Source: Candidatus Omnitrophota bacterium (GTDB taxonomy: Bacteria; Omnitrophota; Gorgyraeia; B26-G9). From it: a stretch of DNA of 64,000 nt. Below the pieces are notes generated by a model. The model had not been told where the DNA came from, did not search any database, and saw only the letters and a list, made by a program, of their open reading frames with translations. The position numbers were made by a program, and so were the translations under genes. Below are positions 28,544 through 38,584 of this stretch, one piece after another. Position 1 is the first letter of the stretch. Each line of letters begins with the position of its first letter. The stretch covers positions 6,949 through 70,948 of the forward strand of contig JAZDHZ010000037.1 in NCBI GenBank assembly GCA_043805415.1. The letters are read 5' to 3'.

Positions 28544-30697
28544 TTAATACCTGTCCAGAAAATCTATGCTAATATCTGTGCCATTAGAAAGAGGGGTTGT
28601 AAATCCTCCGGGATTGCCGTCTACCATGATTTTAAGCTGCTTACCTCTTTGCGCTTCAATGCTTATAGGCAAACACTCTAAAACCTGTGAAACTGTGGGA
28701 GGCAAAGTAACTCCCGGACAGGTAACAATCTCGGCTCGGTCAATAATAAACTCTTCTGAACCAACAAGCTGTCCATTCATATAAATTTTACCCGGAGCAC
28801 CTTTTAAAACCTGCTTCTGTCCGTTTAAGATAACTTCTATATCTTTAGCGCTAGCTGGCATTTCAACAATATCTTTAATCTTGTAAAACACATACTGGTC
28901 TTTCTTAAATTCAATGATACTGCCGTCGGATAACTTAGAAGATAATTCCGCTTTCTGACCATTAATAAGCAGTAAAAAGCTGCTTTGCGATAATACTCTA
29001 GGCTCTTTATTCACTCGTACTACTATCTCTCTTACCTGCAGCTCGTCGGTATTAATCCCCATAAATTCTAAAACATCCCGCGCGGCAACATGCGCGGTAA
29101 ACTCAATAATTGCCCGGTCTTGTAAGTTAGCATCAATATCAACCAAAGCTCTATTCATGAAAACCTGAGGCATAATTTCAATATTTTTAGAATTAAACTG
29201 AACATTTAAAGGCTTAATTTTAACAACATCTCTTACTGTTGCCTTGGCATCTAAGCCATCAACCGCGTCTTTAAAAGCTATTTTATCTCCACTTTTTATT
29301 TTCGTTGTATGTTCAGCATGTTGATCATTAAGCTTAATTTCAGCAGGCTTACCCATCTGGCCTTTTATGACCTCTAAGCGCCCATTAACTTCAACACAAA
29401 TTGCCCGGCCAATTCTTCCGTATAACTTCATTTTATTAACACCAGCAACTACAAGCGCGCTCAAAACATCCAAACTTTGCTGCATGTCTAATACATTAAC
29501 CCTCTTTTCATTAACATATATTTCGAGAAATTTCAAGCCGCTAGAATTAGCCGTCATTATGCAAATCCCTAAAGGAGTAACCATCTCTGGTGTATTCAAT
29601 TTTCCGGATTTATCGACAATATTCGAAACCATTTCCGGCAAACGCACACCGATATTAGATAGATCAAGCGGAAAAGCGCGCGACAGTTCTTGGTCAAAAA
29701 GCGGAGTAAGACTTCCCCCGCCGACTAAAATAGCAGCATTAGGAACTTTTTGATTAAGCTCAAGTACGCGGCTGGCAATAGAATCCGCAAGCTTAGCAAC
29801 TCTAGGCTTGATAATATCCATAATATATTCTGACTCTATGTCATGCTCTTTGCCCAATATGTCTTTAAATAAGACTTTTTGCTGCGTGGATATCTGTTTT
29901 TTAATATTCTCCGCGCTATTAAAATCAAGAATGAATTTTTCGCAAATTAATTCCGTGATCTCATCGCCGGCTTCAGGAACCATCCCATAGGCAAATACAC
30001 TTCCATCTTTTGTAAGAGCTATATCCGAAGTTCCAGCACCTATATCTAAAAGAACTAGATTTAAGCGTCTTATGTCTTTAGGGATAATCGCGTTTAAAGC
30101 CGCTATCGGCTCAAGGGTAAGGTTACTTATTTCAAGATCTGCCCTGCGGAGTACGCTCAACATGCTATCAAGAACTACGCGAGGCAGAAAGGTAGCGATA
30201 ATCTCAACGCCCATATTCCGGCCAAAATGTCCTACCAGATCACCGATATTCTCATAATCAAGCTCATGACAAACAACACTATACCCTACGCAATAAAAAT
30301 CTTCATGGCCAATATCATTGTCCACATTCTTTAAAATACTACTAACCGCCTCTAAGTCTAGATTAAGCACATCATCTTCGGTAATTTCATTATTTAACGA
30401 AAGCTCTTTTGAAATTTTTGCCTTTACTGTCTTAAGCGCTCTGCCTGCTACCGCAACTCCTACCTTACGCAAAGACTGGCCTGCTCTTTTTTCTAATGTC
30501 TCTTTTATATTTCTTACTATTTTTGCCACTTCATTAATATTATGGATCTGTCCATCAAGCATTGTTCTGGTTTGATGCTCAACTTTTTCAACATCTAAAA
30601 TATGTATCGTGTCCCCATATTTTCTTGCAATGATTCCAACAACCTTGCGCGTACCTATATCCAAAGCAAAAATTAAATCATCATTGGGATTTTCCAT
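28544..30697 (-). CDS. Long FtsA/PilM-like actin-fold ATPase with C-terminal beta-grasp-like repeats
   Basis: FALDIGTRKVVG, LTLEPIAA, LDIGAGTSDIA, AGDEIT and LVGGGS, then repeated (I/V).(L/M/I)NG.......L.DG..I.F units. Start reassigned to ATG 30697. Confidence 0.8.
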   Translation of the reverse strand: MENPNDDLIFALDIGTRKVVGIIARKYGDTIHILDVEKVEHQTRTMLDGQIHNINEVAKIVRNIKETLEKRAGQSLRKVGVAVAGRALKTVKAKISKELSLNNEITEDDVLNLDLEAVSSILKNVDNDIGHEDFYCVGYSVVCHELDYENIGDLVGHFGRNMGVEIIATFLPRVVLDSMLSVLRRADLEISNLTLEPIAALNAIIPKDIRRLNLVLLDIGAGTSDIALTKDGSVFAYGMVPEAGDEITELICEKFILDFNSAENIKKQISTQQKVLFKDILGKEHDIESEYIMDIIKPRVAKLADSIASRVLELNQKVPNAAILVGGGSLTPLFDQELSRAFPLDLSNIGVRLPEMVSNIVDKSGKLNTPEMVTPLGICIMTANSSGLKFLEIYVNEKRVNVLDMQQSLDVLSALVVAGVNKMKLYGRIGRAICVEVNGRLEVIKGQMGKPAEIKLNDQHAEHTTKIKSGDKIAFKDAVDGLDAKATVRDVVKIKPLNVQFNSKNIEIMPQVFMNRALVDIDANLQDRAIIEFTAHVAARDVLEFMGINTDELQVREIVVRVNKEPRVLSQSSFLLLINGQKAELSSKLSDGSIIEFKKDQYVFYKIKDIVEMPASAKDIEVILNGQKQVLKGAPGKIYMNGQLVGSEEFIIDRAEIVTCPGVTLPPTVSQVLECLPISIEAQRGKQLKIMVDGNPGGFTTPLSNGTDISIDFLDRY

Positions 30698-30708
30698 AAT
30701 TATTTTCC

Positions 30709-31308
30709 TTACATCATGCCGATTGAAGTCAGTATTTTTTCCAAAGTTTCCGGCTTTGGCAAAAATAGCTGCGAACACTCAAGCTTCTGTTTCGATACAT
30801 ACAACTCTGTATCAACCAGAAAAACCTCATCCGCTATTTGACCGATCTCAACTAAAACAAAATTAAGCATTGCCCCCAGCATATCAAAAGCCATTGCTGG
30901 AACTGTTGCAACAGAACTCATGTTTACAAGTTGGCTAAGCGCGCTTAAATAAGAACCGCAAAGGATAGAGCCTACTTCTTTTAAAGCTGATTGAGCGATA
31001 TCAGTAGTCATGTCAATAGGCAGAGACTGTAATAATTTTTTCACAAAGAAAATAGCGGTTTCCTGAGAAAAAATAGTCAGCATTGTTCCTTTCATTTCTT
31101 TTTCTACTTCCAGATAAATAATATAAACCTGTTTTTCAGCTCCTCCCAGAGCTTCAGCAACATGTTCAAGTGGAATTACTTTTACTTCAGGAACACTAAT
31201 ATTGACTGTTTCCCCAATTAACTGAGCAAGCGAAGTTGCAGCATTCCCCGCTCCAATGTTTCCCATCTCTTTTAAAGCATCGAGCTGAACATTTGTTAAC
31301 TCAGCCAT
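30709..31308 (-). CDS. cheC: Chemotaxis phosphatase CheC
   Basis: DALKEMGNIGAGNAATSL, SALKEVGSILCGSYL and DMLGAML. Confidence 0.9.
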   Translation of the reverse strand: MAELTNVQLDALKEMGNIGAGNAATSLAQLIGETVNISVPEVKVIPLEHVAEALGGAEKQVYIIYLEVEKEMKGTMLTIFSQETAIFFVKKLLQSLPIDMTTDIAQSALKEVGSILCGSYLSALSQLVNMSSVATVPAMAFDMLGAMLNFVLVEIGQIADEVFLVDTELYVSKQKLECSQLFLPKPETLEKILTSIGMM

Positions 31309-31383
31309 TTATTTTTCCTCCTTCATAAAGCATAAAATAAACTTAAAATTATTCGCTTGATTTAGCAATAATACTTGTCCGAT

Positions 31384-33414
31384 CTATCCCACTAATGACG
31401 CAACATCTAAGATTAAAGATACACTGCCATCCCCTAAAATTGTAGCGCCAGAAAACCCCTTTATCCCTTTTAATAAAGAACCCACAGTCTTAATTACAAC
31501 TTCTTGCTGTCCAACAACCCGATCAACAACTAATCCGGCTTTTTTACCCGCATTATCTACGACAACAATCGAAATTTCTTCAGAAGCAGTTTGTTCTTTT
31601 CTCGCGGGCACCCCTAATATTTTCTCTAATCGAATAAGCGGCAGAACCTCATCCCTTAAATTAATTACTTCAAATTTCTCTATATGTTTAATCCTCTTTA
31701 TAGAAACCTTAACTGTTTCTACAATACTTGCTATTGGCGTTGCGTATATTTCTTTATTGATTTCTACCAGCATTGCCCGGATTATCGCGACTGTAAGCGG
31801 TAATTTTAGCTTAAAATTACTCCCTTTCCCAACTTCTGAATCAAAAACTAAGCTTCCGCCAAGCGCTTCAATCTTCATTCTTACAACATCCATGCCAACC
31901 CCGCGGCCGGAGGTATCTGTTATCTCAGCAGTTGAGCTAAAACCTGGCAGAGTTATAATATTAAGCATCTCTCTATCGCTAAGCTTGGCAATCTCATCTT
32001 CTGTCATAAAGCCTTTTTTTAAAGCAACTTGTCTCAGAGTATCAGGATCTATACCTTTTCCATCATCAGATACTTCAATTAAAACAAAAGTCCTTTCTCG
32101 ATACGCGCTCAAGCGTATGGTACCCACTGGATTTTTATTGTTTTCTTTTCGTACATTAGGCAACTCTATGCCATGGTCAACCCCATTGCGCAAAAGATGA
32201 ACCAAGGGATCGGCTATTTCATCAAGCACAGTTCTATCTAGCTCTATTTCTCCTCCGGAAACATCAAAATTTATTTGTTTTTTTTCGCTTCTAGCTAAAT
32301 CCCTTACCATGCGCGGAAATCGATCAAATACTTGAGCCATGGGAATAAGTCTGGCCTGCATTACTTCGTCCTGCAAATCTCCTGTCAGACGGTCAATATT
32401 GGTTAATATCTCATTTAAAGGCTGTAAATGGTGAGTCTGAGCAATCTGCATTAAGCGGATTTTAGAAATAACCAGCTCTCCGACAAAATTCATCAATTTA
32501 TCTAGACGCTGAGTAGTAACTCTAATGCTCTGGATTTTTTTAAACCCAAACTGCCTTGCCAAATCCTTTTGCTGCGCTGGCTCAGAATCAGAATAAATTT
32601 TCTTAGCTTTATCGATAACCTTAACTTTATCTACAACCTTAGCTTCTTGGGGTTTTTCCAAGTTTAGCTGATCAATATCTTTTATTTGGGTCAATTCTAC
32701 TTTTTCAACTTCCATCACTTGGCCCAATATTTGCCCTATTTTTTTGCTCAAGCTATTTGTCATAAACAGCAAAGAAAAAGATAATCCAAAGTGATTTGAT
32801 TCTAACTCTTCACTTGTCGGAACAGATTTAATTATTTCTCCTATTGAATTTAGCTTATTAAAAACCATAAACGCGCGCACAGATTTTAATTGGCAATCCT
32901 TGCTCAGAGAAATATCAATTTTATAAATCTTTATCTCTTTATTTTTAATTACAGACAAAAGATGTTCTTTTTCAAGTTTAGATATTAAAAGCTCTCTTTT
33001 TTTATCTACTTCCATATCTAAATCTACTGCGGAGAGATTAGGGGTAACGCTTTGAAGCTGTAATATAATCGATTCTATGTCGAGGTTAAGATTTTCACCT
33101 GTTTTGATTTCTTCAAGAAGCATCTGAAGGATATCTAAACAACTAAAAAGTTTATCAACTACTTCTGAAGTAACTGGAAGCTTTTGGCTTCGAAATATAT
33201 CAAGCACATCTTCCATTTTGTGCGTAAGCCTTGTCAAAGATTCAAATCCCATTGTCGCGGACATGCCTTTTAAGGTATGCGCACTGCGGAAGATTTCATT
33301 TAAAATAGCTAAATTATCTGGATCTTTTTCAAGACTAAGCACGGAATTATTAATAATCTGCAAATGTTCTTCAGATTCCGCGACAAATAGTTCCTTATAT
33401 TGCTCTACTCCCAT
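31384..33414 (-). CDS. cheA: Chemotaxis histidine kinase CheA
   Basis: FRSAHTLKGMS (Hpt), P2 domain, LDKLMNFVGELVI, HLLRNGVDHGIE, DDGKGID, SGRGVGMDVV and a C-terminal CheW-like P5. Confidence 0.97.
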   Translation of the reverse strand: MGVEQYKELFVAESEEHLQIINNSVLSLEKDPDNLAILNEIFRSAHTLKGMSATMGFESLTRLTHKMEDVLDIFRSQKLPVTSEVVDKLFSCLDILQMLLEEIKTGENLNLDIESIILQLQSVTPNLSAVDLDMEVDKKRELLISKLEKEHLLSVIKNKEIKIYKIDISLSKDCQLKSVRAFMVFNKLNSIGEIIKSVPTSEELESNHFGLSFSLLFMTNSLSKKIGQILGQVMEVEKVELTQIKDIDQLNLEKPQEAKVVDKVKVIDKAKKIYSDSEPAQQKDLARQFGFKKIQSIRVTTQRLDKLMNFVGELVISKIRLMQIAQTHHLQPLNEILTNIDRLTGDLQDEVMQARLIPMAQVFDRFPRMVRDLARSEKKQINFDVSGGEIELDRTVLDEIADPLVHLLRNGVDHGIELPNVRKENNKNPVGTIRLSAYRERTFVLIEVSDDGKGIDPDTLRQVALKKGFMTEDEIAKLSDREMLNIITLPGFSSTAEITDTSGRGVGMDVVRMKIEALGGSLVFDSEVGKGSNFKLKLPLTVAIIRAMLVEINKEIYATPIASIVETVKVSIKRIKHIEKFEVINLRDEVLPLIRLEKILGVPARKEQTASEEISIVVVDNAGKKAGLVVDRVVGQQEVVIKTVGSLLKGIKGFSGATILGDGSVSLILDVASLVG

Positions 33415-33429
33415 AAGGTAAAATCCTTC

Positions 33430-34470
33430 TTATATGCTAATCTGTTTCATTATTTCAATCCCCATATAACCAAGAGGAATAACTTTATCCACAACCCCCT
33501 CTTGGATAGCGATACGCGGCATTCCAAAAACAACACAGGTAGATTCATCCTCCGCTAACGTAACCCCGCCAACTCTTTTAATGTTTCTCATCCCCTCCAC
33601 GCCGTCTTGGCCCATTCCTGTTAGCAAAACTCCAAGAGTTCTACTGCCAAAGCACTCAGCTACAGAGTTCATCATAACTGTTACTGAAGGCCGGACGCTA
33701 TGCACTTTAGGCCCAGCATTAAGCCTTATTGTCGGGGTATAGTTTTCCATCAAAACAACCATATGAAAATCTCCCGGAGCTACATACGCTACTCCCTGCT
33801 CCACAATATCTCCATCCTCAGCTTCCTTTACTTTAATTTTTGAAATCCAATCCAAGCGTTTTGCCATTGATTTAGTAAAAGCCGCTGGCATATGCTGTAC
33901 AATTAAAAAAGCCGCCTCAGCCTCAGCCGATAAATACGGCAATATTTCTTTTATTGCTTTTGGTCCACCGGTTGATGCTCCAATGGCAACAATATGTTTT
34001 AATTTAGAATCTTGTTTTTTCGGTGCTTCAGATTTGCGCAATATTCTATTAAAAAAAGCCTGGACTCTTTTAACATCCACAGTGCTTGCTAATTTAACTT
34101 TACGGATGATTTCTTTACTCATTATATCAATATCAACTGAAATTTCTCCCCCAGGTTTCAGGACAGTATCAACTGCTCCTAATTCCGCGGCTTTTAACGC
34201 ATTCGCGCTGCCGGGGGCAACATTAGCGCTAACAATTACAACTGGGGTCGGAATTTCATTCATTATATATGTTAATGCGGTTAATCCATCGATATCAGGC
34301 ATTTCAATATCCATAGTGATTACATCTGGTTTTAGCTGCACAACTTTTTTAATTGCGTCCGCGCCGGTTTTAGCAAAGTCAATAACTTCAATATCTTTAT
34401 CAGATTCCAAGATATCTGTTATTTTTCTGCGCATCAATGCTGAATCATCCACAACTAGAACCCTAATCAT
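33430..34470 (-). CDS. cheB: Chemotaxis methylesterase CheB
   Basis: Receiver domain plus GASTGG, VQHMP, RPSV and LTGMGQDG. Confidence 0.96.
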   Translation of the reverse strand: MIRVLVVDDSALMRRKITDILESDKDIEVIDFAKTGADAIKKVVQLKPDVITMDIEMPDIDGLTALTYIMNEIPTPVVIVSANVAPGSANALKAAELGAVDTVLKPGGEISVDIDIMSKEIIRKVKLASTVDVKRVQAFFNRILRKSEAPKKQDSKLKHIVAIGASTGGPKAIKEILPYLSAEAEAAFLIVQHMPAAFTKSMAKRLDWISKIKVKEAEDGDIVEQGVAYVAPGDFHMVVLMENYTPTIRLNAGPKVHSVRPSVTVMMNSVAECFGSRTLGVLLTGMGQDGVEGMRNIKRVGGVTLAEDESTCVVFGMPRIAIQEGVVDKVIPLGYMGIEIMKQISI

Positions 34471-34988
34471 AATATTTTTTCTCCATGATTGATCGTTCGA
34501 ACGCGCACTTCACCATTAGAAAGATAAAAATATATAGACCGACCGTAGGAACCTCCCACATCTTCTCCAACCAGTCTAATTCGCAAATCCTTGAGCACAG
34601 CCTTTACTTGTTCCACATTCCGAACACCCACATTAAAAACTTTATTAGCTTTAGCAAAACCAAACATATGAGCCCCGCCCATAATTTTTGCTTTTATAAA
34701 CCGTCTTTCGGCACCCTGCGCTTCTAGTTTTTCTAATAAATCAGGGATCGCCGTATTCGCAAATTTTGCGCGGTTAGTTTTATTTTTTACCGCATCTACA
34801 TCTGGAAGCATTATATGGGCAAGCCCACCGATCTTTGTTTTTGGATAGTATAAAGATATCCCTACGCAAGAGCCCAAACCTAAAGAAGTAAGCACAGTTG
34901 GAGAATTAGCAATTTTCATATCTGCCATGCCAACATGAATTTCTTCTGCTGGGTTGTATTCATTAGCATCCATTAATTTATTCTCCAA
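34467..34988 (-). CDS. cheD: Chemoreceptor deamidase CheD
   Basis: GLGSCVG, GLAHIMLP, AKIMGGAHMF, VGVRN and EDVGGSYGR. Confidence 0.95.
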   Translation of the reverse strand: MENKLMDANEYNPAEEIHVGMADMKIANSPTVLTSLGLGSCVGISLYYPKTKIGGLAHIMLPDVDAVKNKTNRAKFANTAIPDLLEKLEAQGAERRFIKAKIMGGAHMFGFAKANKVFNVGVRNVEQVKAVLKDLRIRLVGEDVGGSYGRSIYFYLSNGEVRVRTINHGEKIL

Positions 34989-35589
34989 TCGCTTTTAAAA
35001 TTAATTCTAAACTTCCAGAATTTGGCAATAAAAAGAAATGCCCTTGAACGCTTTTTTTGGCATCAATAAATACTGAATCAAGTAACAACGCGTATTCCGT
35101 AACCGCACTAAGTTCTATTAATATGTAATCAACAAGCGCGCCAGCCATATCAATCAAAATTCCAGGGGTAGATGGGATAAGACCTAATTTAGTCACCGTA
35201 GAAAGAGTATTAAGATAAGCAGCAGCTAGAATACTTCCAGCCTCCTTGATAGCTGACTGATCCATCTCAGTTAAAACTCCATTTTCAGCTGTTTTTCCAG
35301 TAAGTATTCCCGCGAGAATTCGAGCATCCTGCTGAGAAAACAATAAAAGCACAATCCCAGGAGCATCGCCAAATACTTGAAACACAACACTAACAACCAA
35401 TGTCTCGGCACCGCCCACCGCGTTTGGCACTTCTGCAATAGGTATAAAATGAACGCTGGGCACGTTCATTTCTATTTTTTTATTCAGTAACTGAGAAAGT
35501 GAAGTCGCAGCATTTCCAGCACATATATTGGCTATTTCCTTGAGAAGATCTTTCTCATGGGCATCTAAAACAATTTTTTTCTTTAACAA
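34978..35589 (-). CDS. cheC: Chemotaxis phosphatase CheC (second copy)
   Basis: DLLKEIANICAGNAATSLS, SAIKEAGSIL and DMAGAL. Confidence 0.88.
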   Translation of the reverse strand: MLKKKIVLDAHEKDLLKEIANICAGNAATSLSQLLNKKIEMNVPSVHFIPIAEVPNAVGGAETLVVSVVFQVFGDAPGIVLLLFSQQDARILAGILTGKTAENGVLTEMDQSAIKEAGSILAAAYLNTLSTVTKLGLIPSTPGILIDMAGALVDYILIELSAVTEYALLLDSVFIDAKKSVQGHFFLLPNSGSLELILKAIGE

Positions 35590-35657
35590 ATTATAAACAC
35601 CCTATTTAATTTGATTTGATTTAATTATACAAGAAAAATTAGTGGTGTTTTCAGTGA

Positions 35658-36032
35658 TTAGCTTTCAAGTACCCGTTTTGCTGCTTCAAGAACACGTGAA
35701 GGCTGAAACGGTTTAGTAACAAAGTCTTTTGCTCCTGCCTGAATAGCTTCTACAACTAAAGCATGCTGCCCCATAGCACTTACCATAAGAATCTTTGCCT
35801 TTTCATCTTTTTCCATTATTTCCTTAACGGCTCCGATTCCATCAATATCTCCAACCTTCGGCATGACAATATCCATAGTAACTAAATCAGGTTTAAGCTC
35901 TAAATATTTTGTTACAGCTTCTTTCCCGTTTTCAGCTTCTCCGACAACCTCATATCCTTCTTTTTTGAGTATATCTCCAATCATTTTACGCATAAAAACA
36001 GCATCATCAACAACTAAAACTTTTACTCCCAT
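35658..36032 (-). CDS. cheY: Chemotaxis response regulator CheY
   Basis: Single receiver domain VLVVDDAVFMR..EAENG..DLVTMDIVMP..SAMGQ..GAKDFVTKPF. Confidence 0.93.
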   Translation of the reverse strand: MGVKVLVVDDAVFMRKMIGDILKKEGYEVVGEAENGKEAVTKYLELKPDLVTMDIVMPKVGDIDGIGAVKEIMEKDEKAKILMVSAMGQHALVVEAIQAGAKDFVTKPFQPSRVLEAAKRVLES

Positions 36033-36061
36033 CTTGAAACGCTCCTTCCTTTTCAGTTACT

Positions 36062-36564
36062 CTATTTTTTTTCCATACCTTCTTTTAAAATATCCGGTTT
36101 TGCCACATGTTTTATTTCATCAACACTTAAAACCTCATTTAAATCAAGCAATATCAATAGTCGATCATCACTTTTTCCCACACCCCGCAAATATTTTTCA
36201 TGGACCTCTGTCTCTATAAGCGAGGGAGTATCTTCTATATTATCTTCCGACAACCGCAAAACTTCTGAAACAGAATCAACTATCATTCCTACTATATTTC
36301 ACCAATCTCTACAACCATAATCCTGGTAGAGTCAGTGCGTCCCGCAGAAGGCAAATCTAATCTTCTCGATAGGTCAATAACCGTGATGATCTGGCCTCTT
36401 AGATTAACAACCCCTTCAATAAACGCGGGGGATTTTGGCATTCGAGTAATAGAAACCAGTTTAACAATTTCCCTTACCTGGTTAATTTCTACCCCAAATT
36501 CTTCTTCCCCGATTTTAAAAACAACCAGCTGAATTTCACCGCTGCCCTTTTTATTTTCAGACAT
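36062..36564 (-). pseudogene. cheW: CheW split by a 1-nt frameshift (ORFs 36292-36564 and 36062-36286)
   Basis: The N-half has QLVVF..VREI..IEGVVNLRGQIITVIDL and the C-half has MIVDSVSEV..LLILLDL. Adding one A to GAAA at about 36297-36300 restores EIGENIVGMIVDSV. Confidence 0.85.
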
Positions 36565-36610
36565 TTTTTATGCCTCCCAACTTAATAATCAGATGATTAA
36601 TAATCAATTT

Positions 36611-38320
36611 TTATTGCTTCTTTAATTGAAATTTATTCACAAGCCCTTGTAAATCTAAAGCTAAACGAGCTAATTCTTCAGCAGAAGCAGTAAGTTCTTC
36701 CATTGAAGCAGTCTGTTCTTCCGCGGAACTTGAAGCTTCCTCAGTCGCGGATGCCGATTCTTCCGCGACTACCGCGACTTCATCCACAGCTTTAACTATT
36801 TTTTCAGAATCAGCTAGCTGCTGTTGTGTAGCATCAGTAATCTCATCTACCATTGATGATGAGGTTCTCACCGCATTAATAATTTCCGCAAGAGCTTCTG
36901 AGACCCGCGATACAATTAAAGCGCCTTCAGCCACTTCTTTTGTTCCGGCTTCTATTGAACTTACCGCTTTAGGTGTTTCAACCTGAATACCTTTTATAAG
37001 ACTTCCAATCCTGCGCGCTGCCTCAGCAGAACCTTCAGCTAATTTTCTAACCTCTTCGGCTACCACAGCAAAACCTCTTCCCGCGTCTCCAGCTCTTGCT
37101 GCTTCAATTGCCGCGTTTAAAGCAAGCAGGTTTGTCTGATCAGCAATATTTGTAATTGTTTCGGTAATCTGACCTATCTGCTGCGACTTTTCTCCTAATG
37201 AAGAAATTACTGCCGCGGCATTAGAAACAGTTGTTTTTATTTTATTCATTTTTTCTACAGCTTCCGCGGTAGCATACCCGCCACTTTGCGCCTGTTCAAG
37301 GGACTTCTCTGAAGACTTTGTCGCGGAGGTTGCATTATCAGCAACACGCCGTACTGAATCAGACAAGCCTTCCATAAGCCTTGAAGTATCTTCTACGCGC
37401 TTTGCCTGTGTAGTAACTCCCTTAGCTATCTTCTGGATAGTAGAAGAAATTTCCTGGGTAGAAGCATTCATCTCTTTTGATGAAGTAGAAATCTCTTGGG
37501 CAAAACTAGAAACCTTTGCCGCGAGATCTTTAATATGACTTACCATATTATGAAGGTTTTTTATAATCGCGTTATAAGCTACAGTAAGTTTTCCTATTTC
37601 GTCTTCTGAATTATTCTCAACTGTTTGAGTCAAATCACCTCTTACCGCAGGCTCACTAGCTTTTACTAAAATATTAATTGGTTTAATAACTAATTTTCTA
37701 AGCAAAATCGTAACCAGAACACTGATTAAAATTATACTCAACAACGCGATTATTATCCCTCGATTTACTGTAACGCTAGTTGCTTTCTTTACATTCTCCC
37801 ACTCTAGTTCAACACCAAGCAGACCGAGAACTTTTACTTTCTTCCCATGACAAGTATTACAAACTTCGTCATTATAAACAGGAATATAAGTTACAAAAAC
37901 TTTTTTACCGCTCTGATCTTCTTTAGCTTTTAATTTTTGTAATTTATCCCCGTTGCCATTAGCCTCAATAGCACTAACGATTCCCATAAAATCAATCTTT
38001 TGCCCGATTTTATCATTATCCGTAGAACGCTTAATTTCACCTTCGTTATTAGCTAAAAATAAGAATACAATTTGTTTTTCATTAGCAAAGTAATTAAAAA
38101 TTGTCTGAACAATTTCCTGCTCCCCGGCAAGCATTGGATAAGAAATAGCATTAAGGATACTATTGCTTAAGGTGCCGGCAAGCGCCTTTTCCTGGTTTAT
38201 CAGCAAATTAGTTTGAGATCTGATATTAATCATTGCAGTTAGCCCTAAAACAACAAACAATGCGATTCCCACAGAAAAAATTATCTTGAACTCTAGATTT
38301 TTTGGCAAAAATTTAAACAT
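36611..38320 (-). CDS. Methyl-accepting chemotaxis protein with periplasmic CXXCH heme-c sensor
   Basis: Two TM helices, CNTCH in the periplasmic domain, HAMP (DEIGKL) and [36 protein letters not shown]. Confidence 0.95.
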   Translation of the reverse strand: MFKFLPKNLEFKIIFSVGIALFVVLGLTAMINIRSQTNLLINQEKALAGTLSNSILNAISYPMLAGEQEIVQTIFNYFANEKQIVFLFLANNEGEIKRSTDNDKIGQKIDFMGIVSAIEANGNGDKLQKLKAKEDQSGKKVFVTYIPVYNDEVCNTCHGKKVKVLGLLGVELEWENVKKATSVTVNRGIIIALLSIILISVLVTILLRKLVIKPINILVKASEPAVRGDLTQTVENNSEDEIGKLTVAYNAIIKNLHNMVSHIKDLAAKVSSFAQEISTSSKEMNASTQEISSTIQKIAKGVTTQAKRVEDTSRLMEGLSDSVRRVADNATSATKSSEKSLEQAQSGGYATAEAVEKMNKIKTTVSNAAAVISSLGEKSQQIGQITETITNIADQTNLLALNAAIEAARAGDAGRGFAVVAEEVRKLAEGSAEAARRIGSLIKGIQVETPKAVSSIEAGTKEVAEGALIVSRVSEALAEIINAVRTSSSMVDEITDATQQQLADSEKIVKAVDEVAVVAEESASATEEASSSAEEQTASMEELTASAEELARLALDLQGLVNKFQLKKQ

Positions 38321-38380
38321 TTACCCCCCCTTTTATTTTTTACTGAACAAACTGCAAGAGCATAAGTTGCGATATTATTT

Positions 38381-38409
38381 ATAATACTCAAAAATACCTT
38401 TAGTGTCAA
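38381..38409 (-). promoter_or_regulatory. sigma70-type promoter of the chemosensory operon
   Basis: Minus strand TTGACA-17 nt-TATTAT, flanked by 11-bp inverted repeats. Confidence 0.65.
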
Positions 38410-38535
38410 GCATAAAATCCTTAATATCGCAATAATTTAATAAAACAAACCTGTTTTAAAATTAAAAAAATACAAGTACTTAAATTAACATTTTGAAAAG
38501 CAAGGCAAAGTAACAATAAATTAAAGCTTTAATAT

Positions 38536-38572
38536 AAAAAAAGCCCCCGCTTCCTAAGAAGCGAGGGCTTTA
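38536..38572 (-). terminator. Intrinsic terminator of the porin gene
   Basis: AAAGCCC-C-CGCTTC-ctaa-GAAGCG-A-GGGCTTT stem, followed on the minus strand by a T run. Confidence 0.8.
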
Positions 38573-38584
38573 TATTCGTTTGTT

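Noticed and set aside
28544-30697. Canonical cell-division FtsA
   Set aside because: It is about 300 aa too long, has a repeat-containing C-terminus without an amphipathic membrane helix, and is not in a dcw/ftsZ context, so no gene symbol was assigned.
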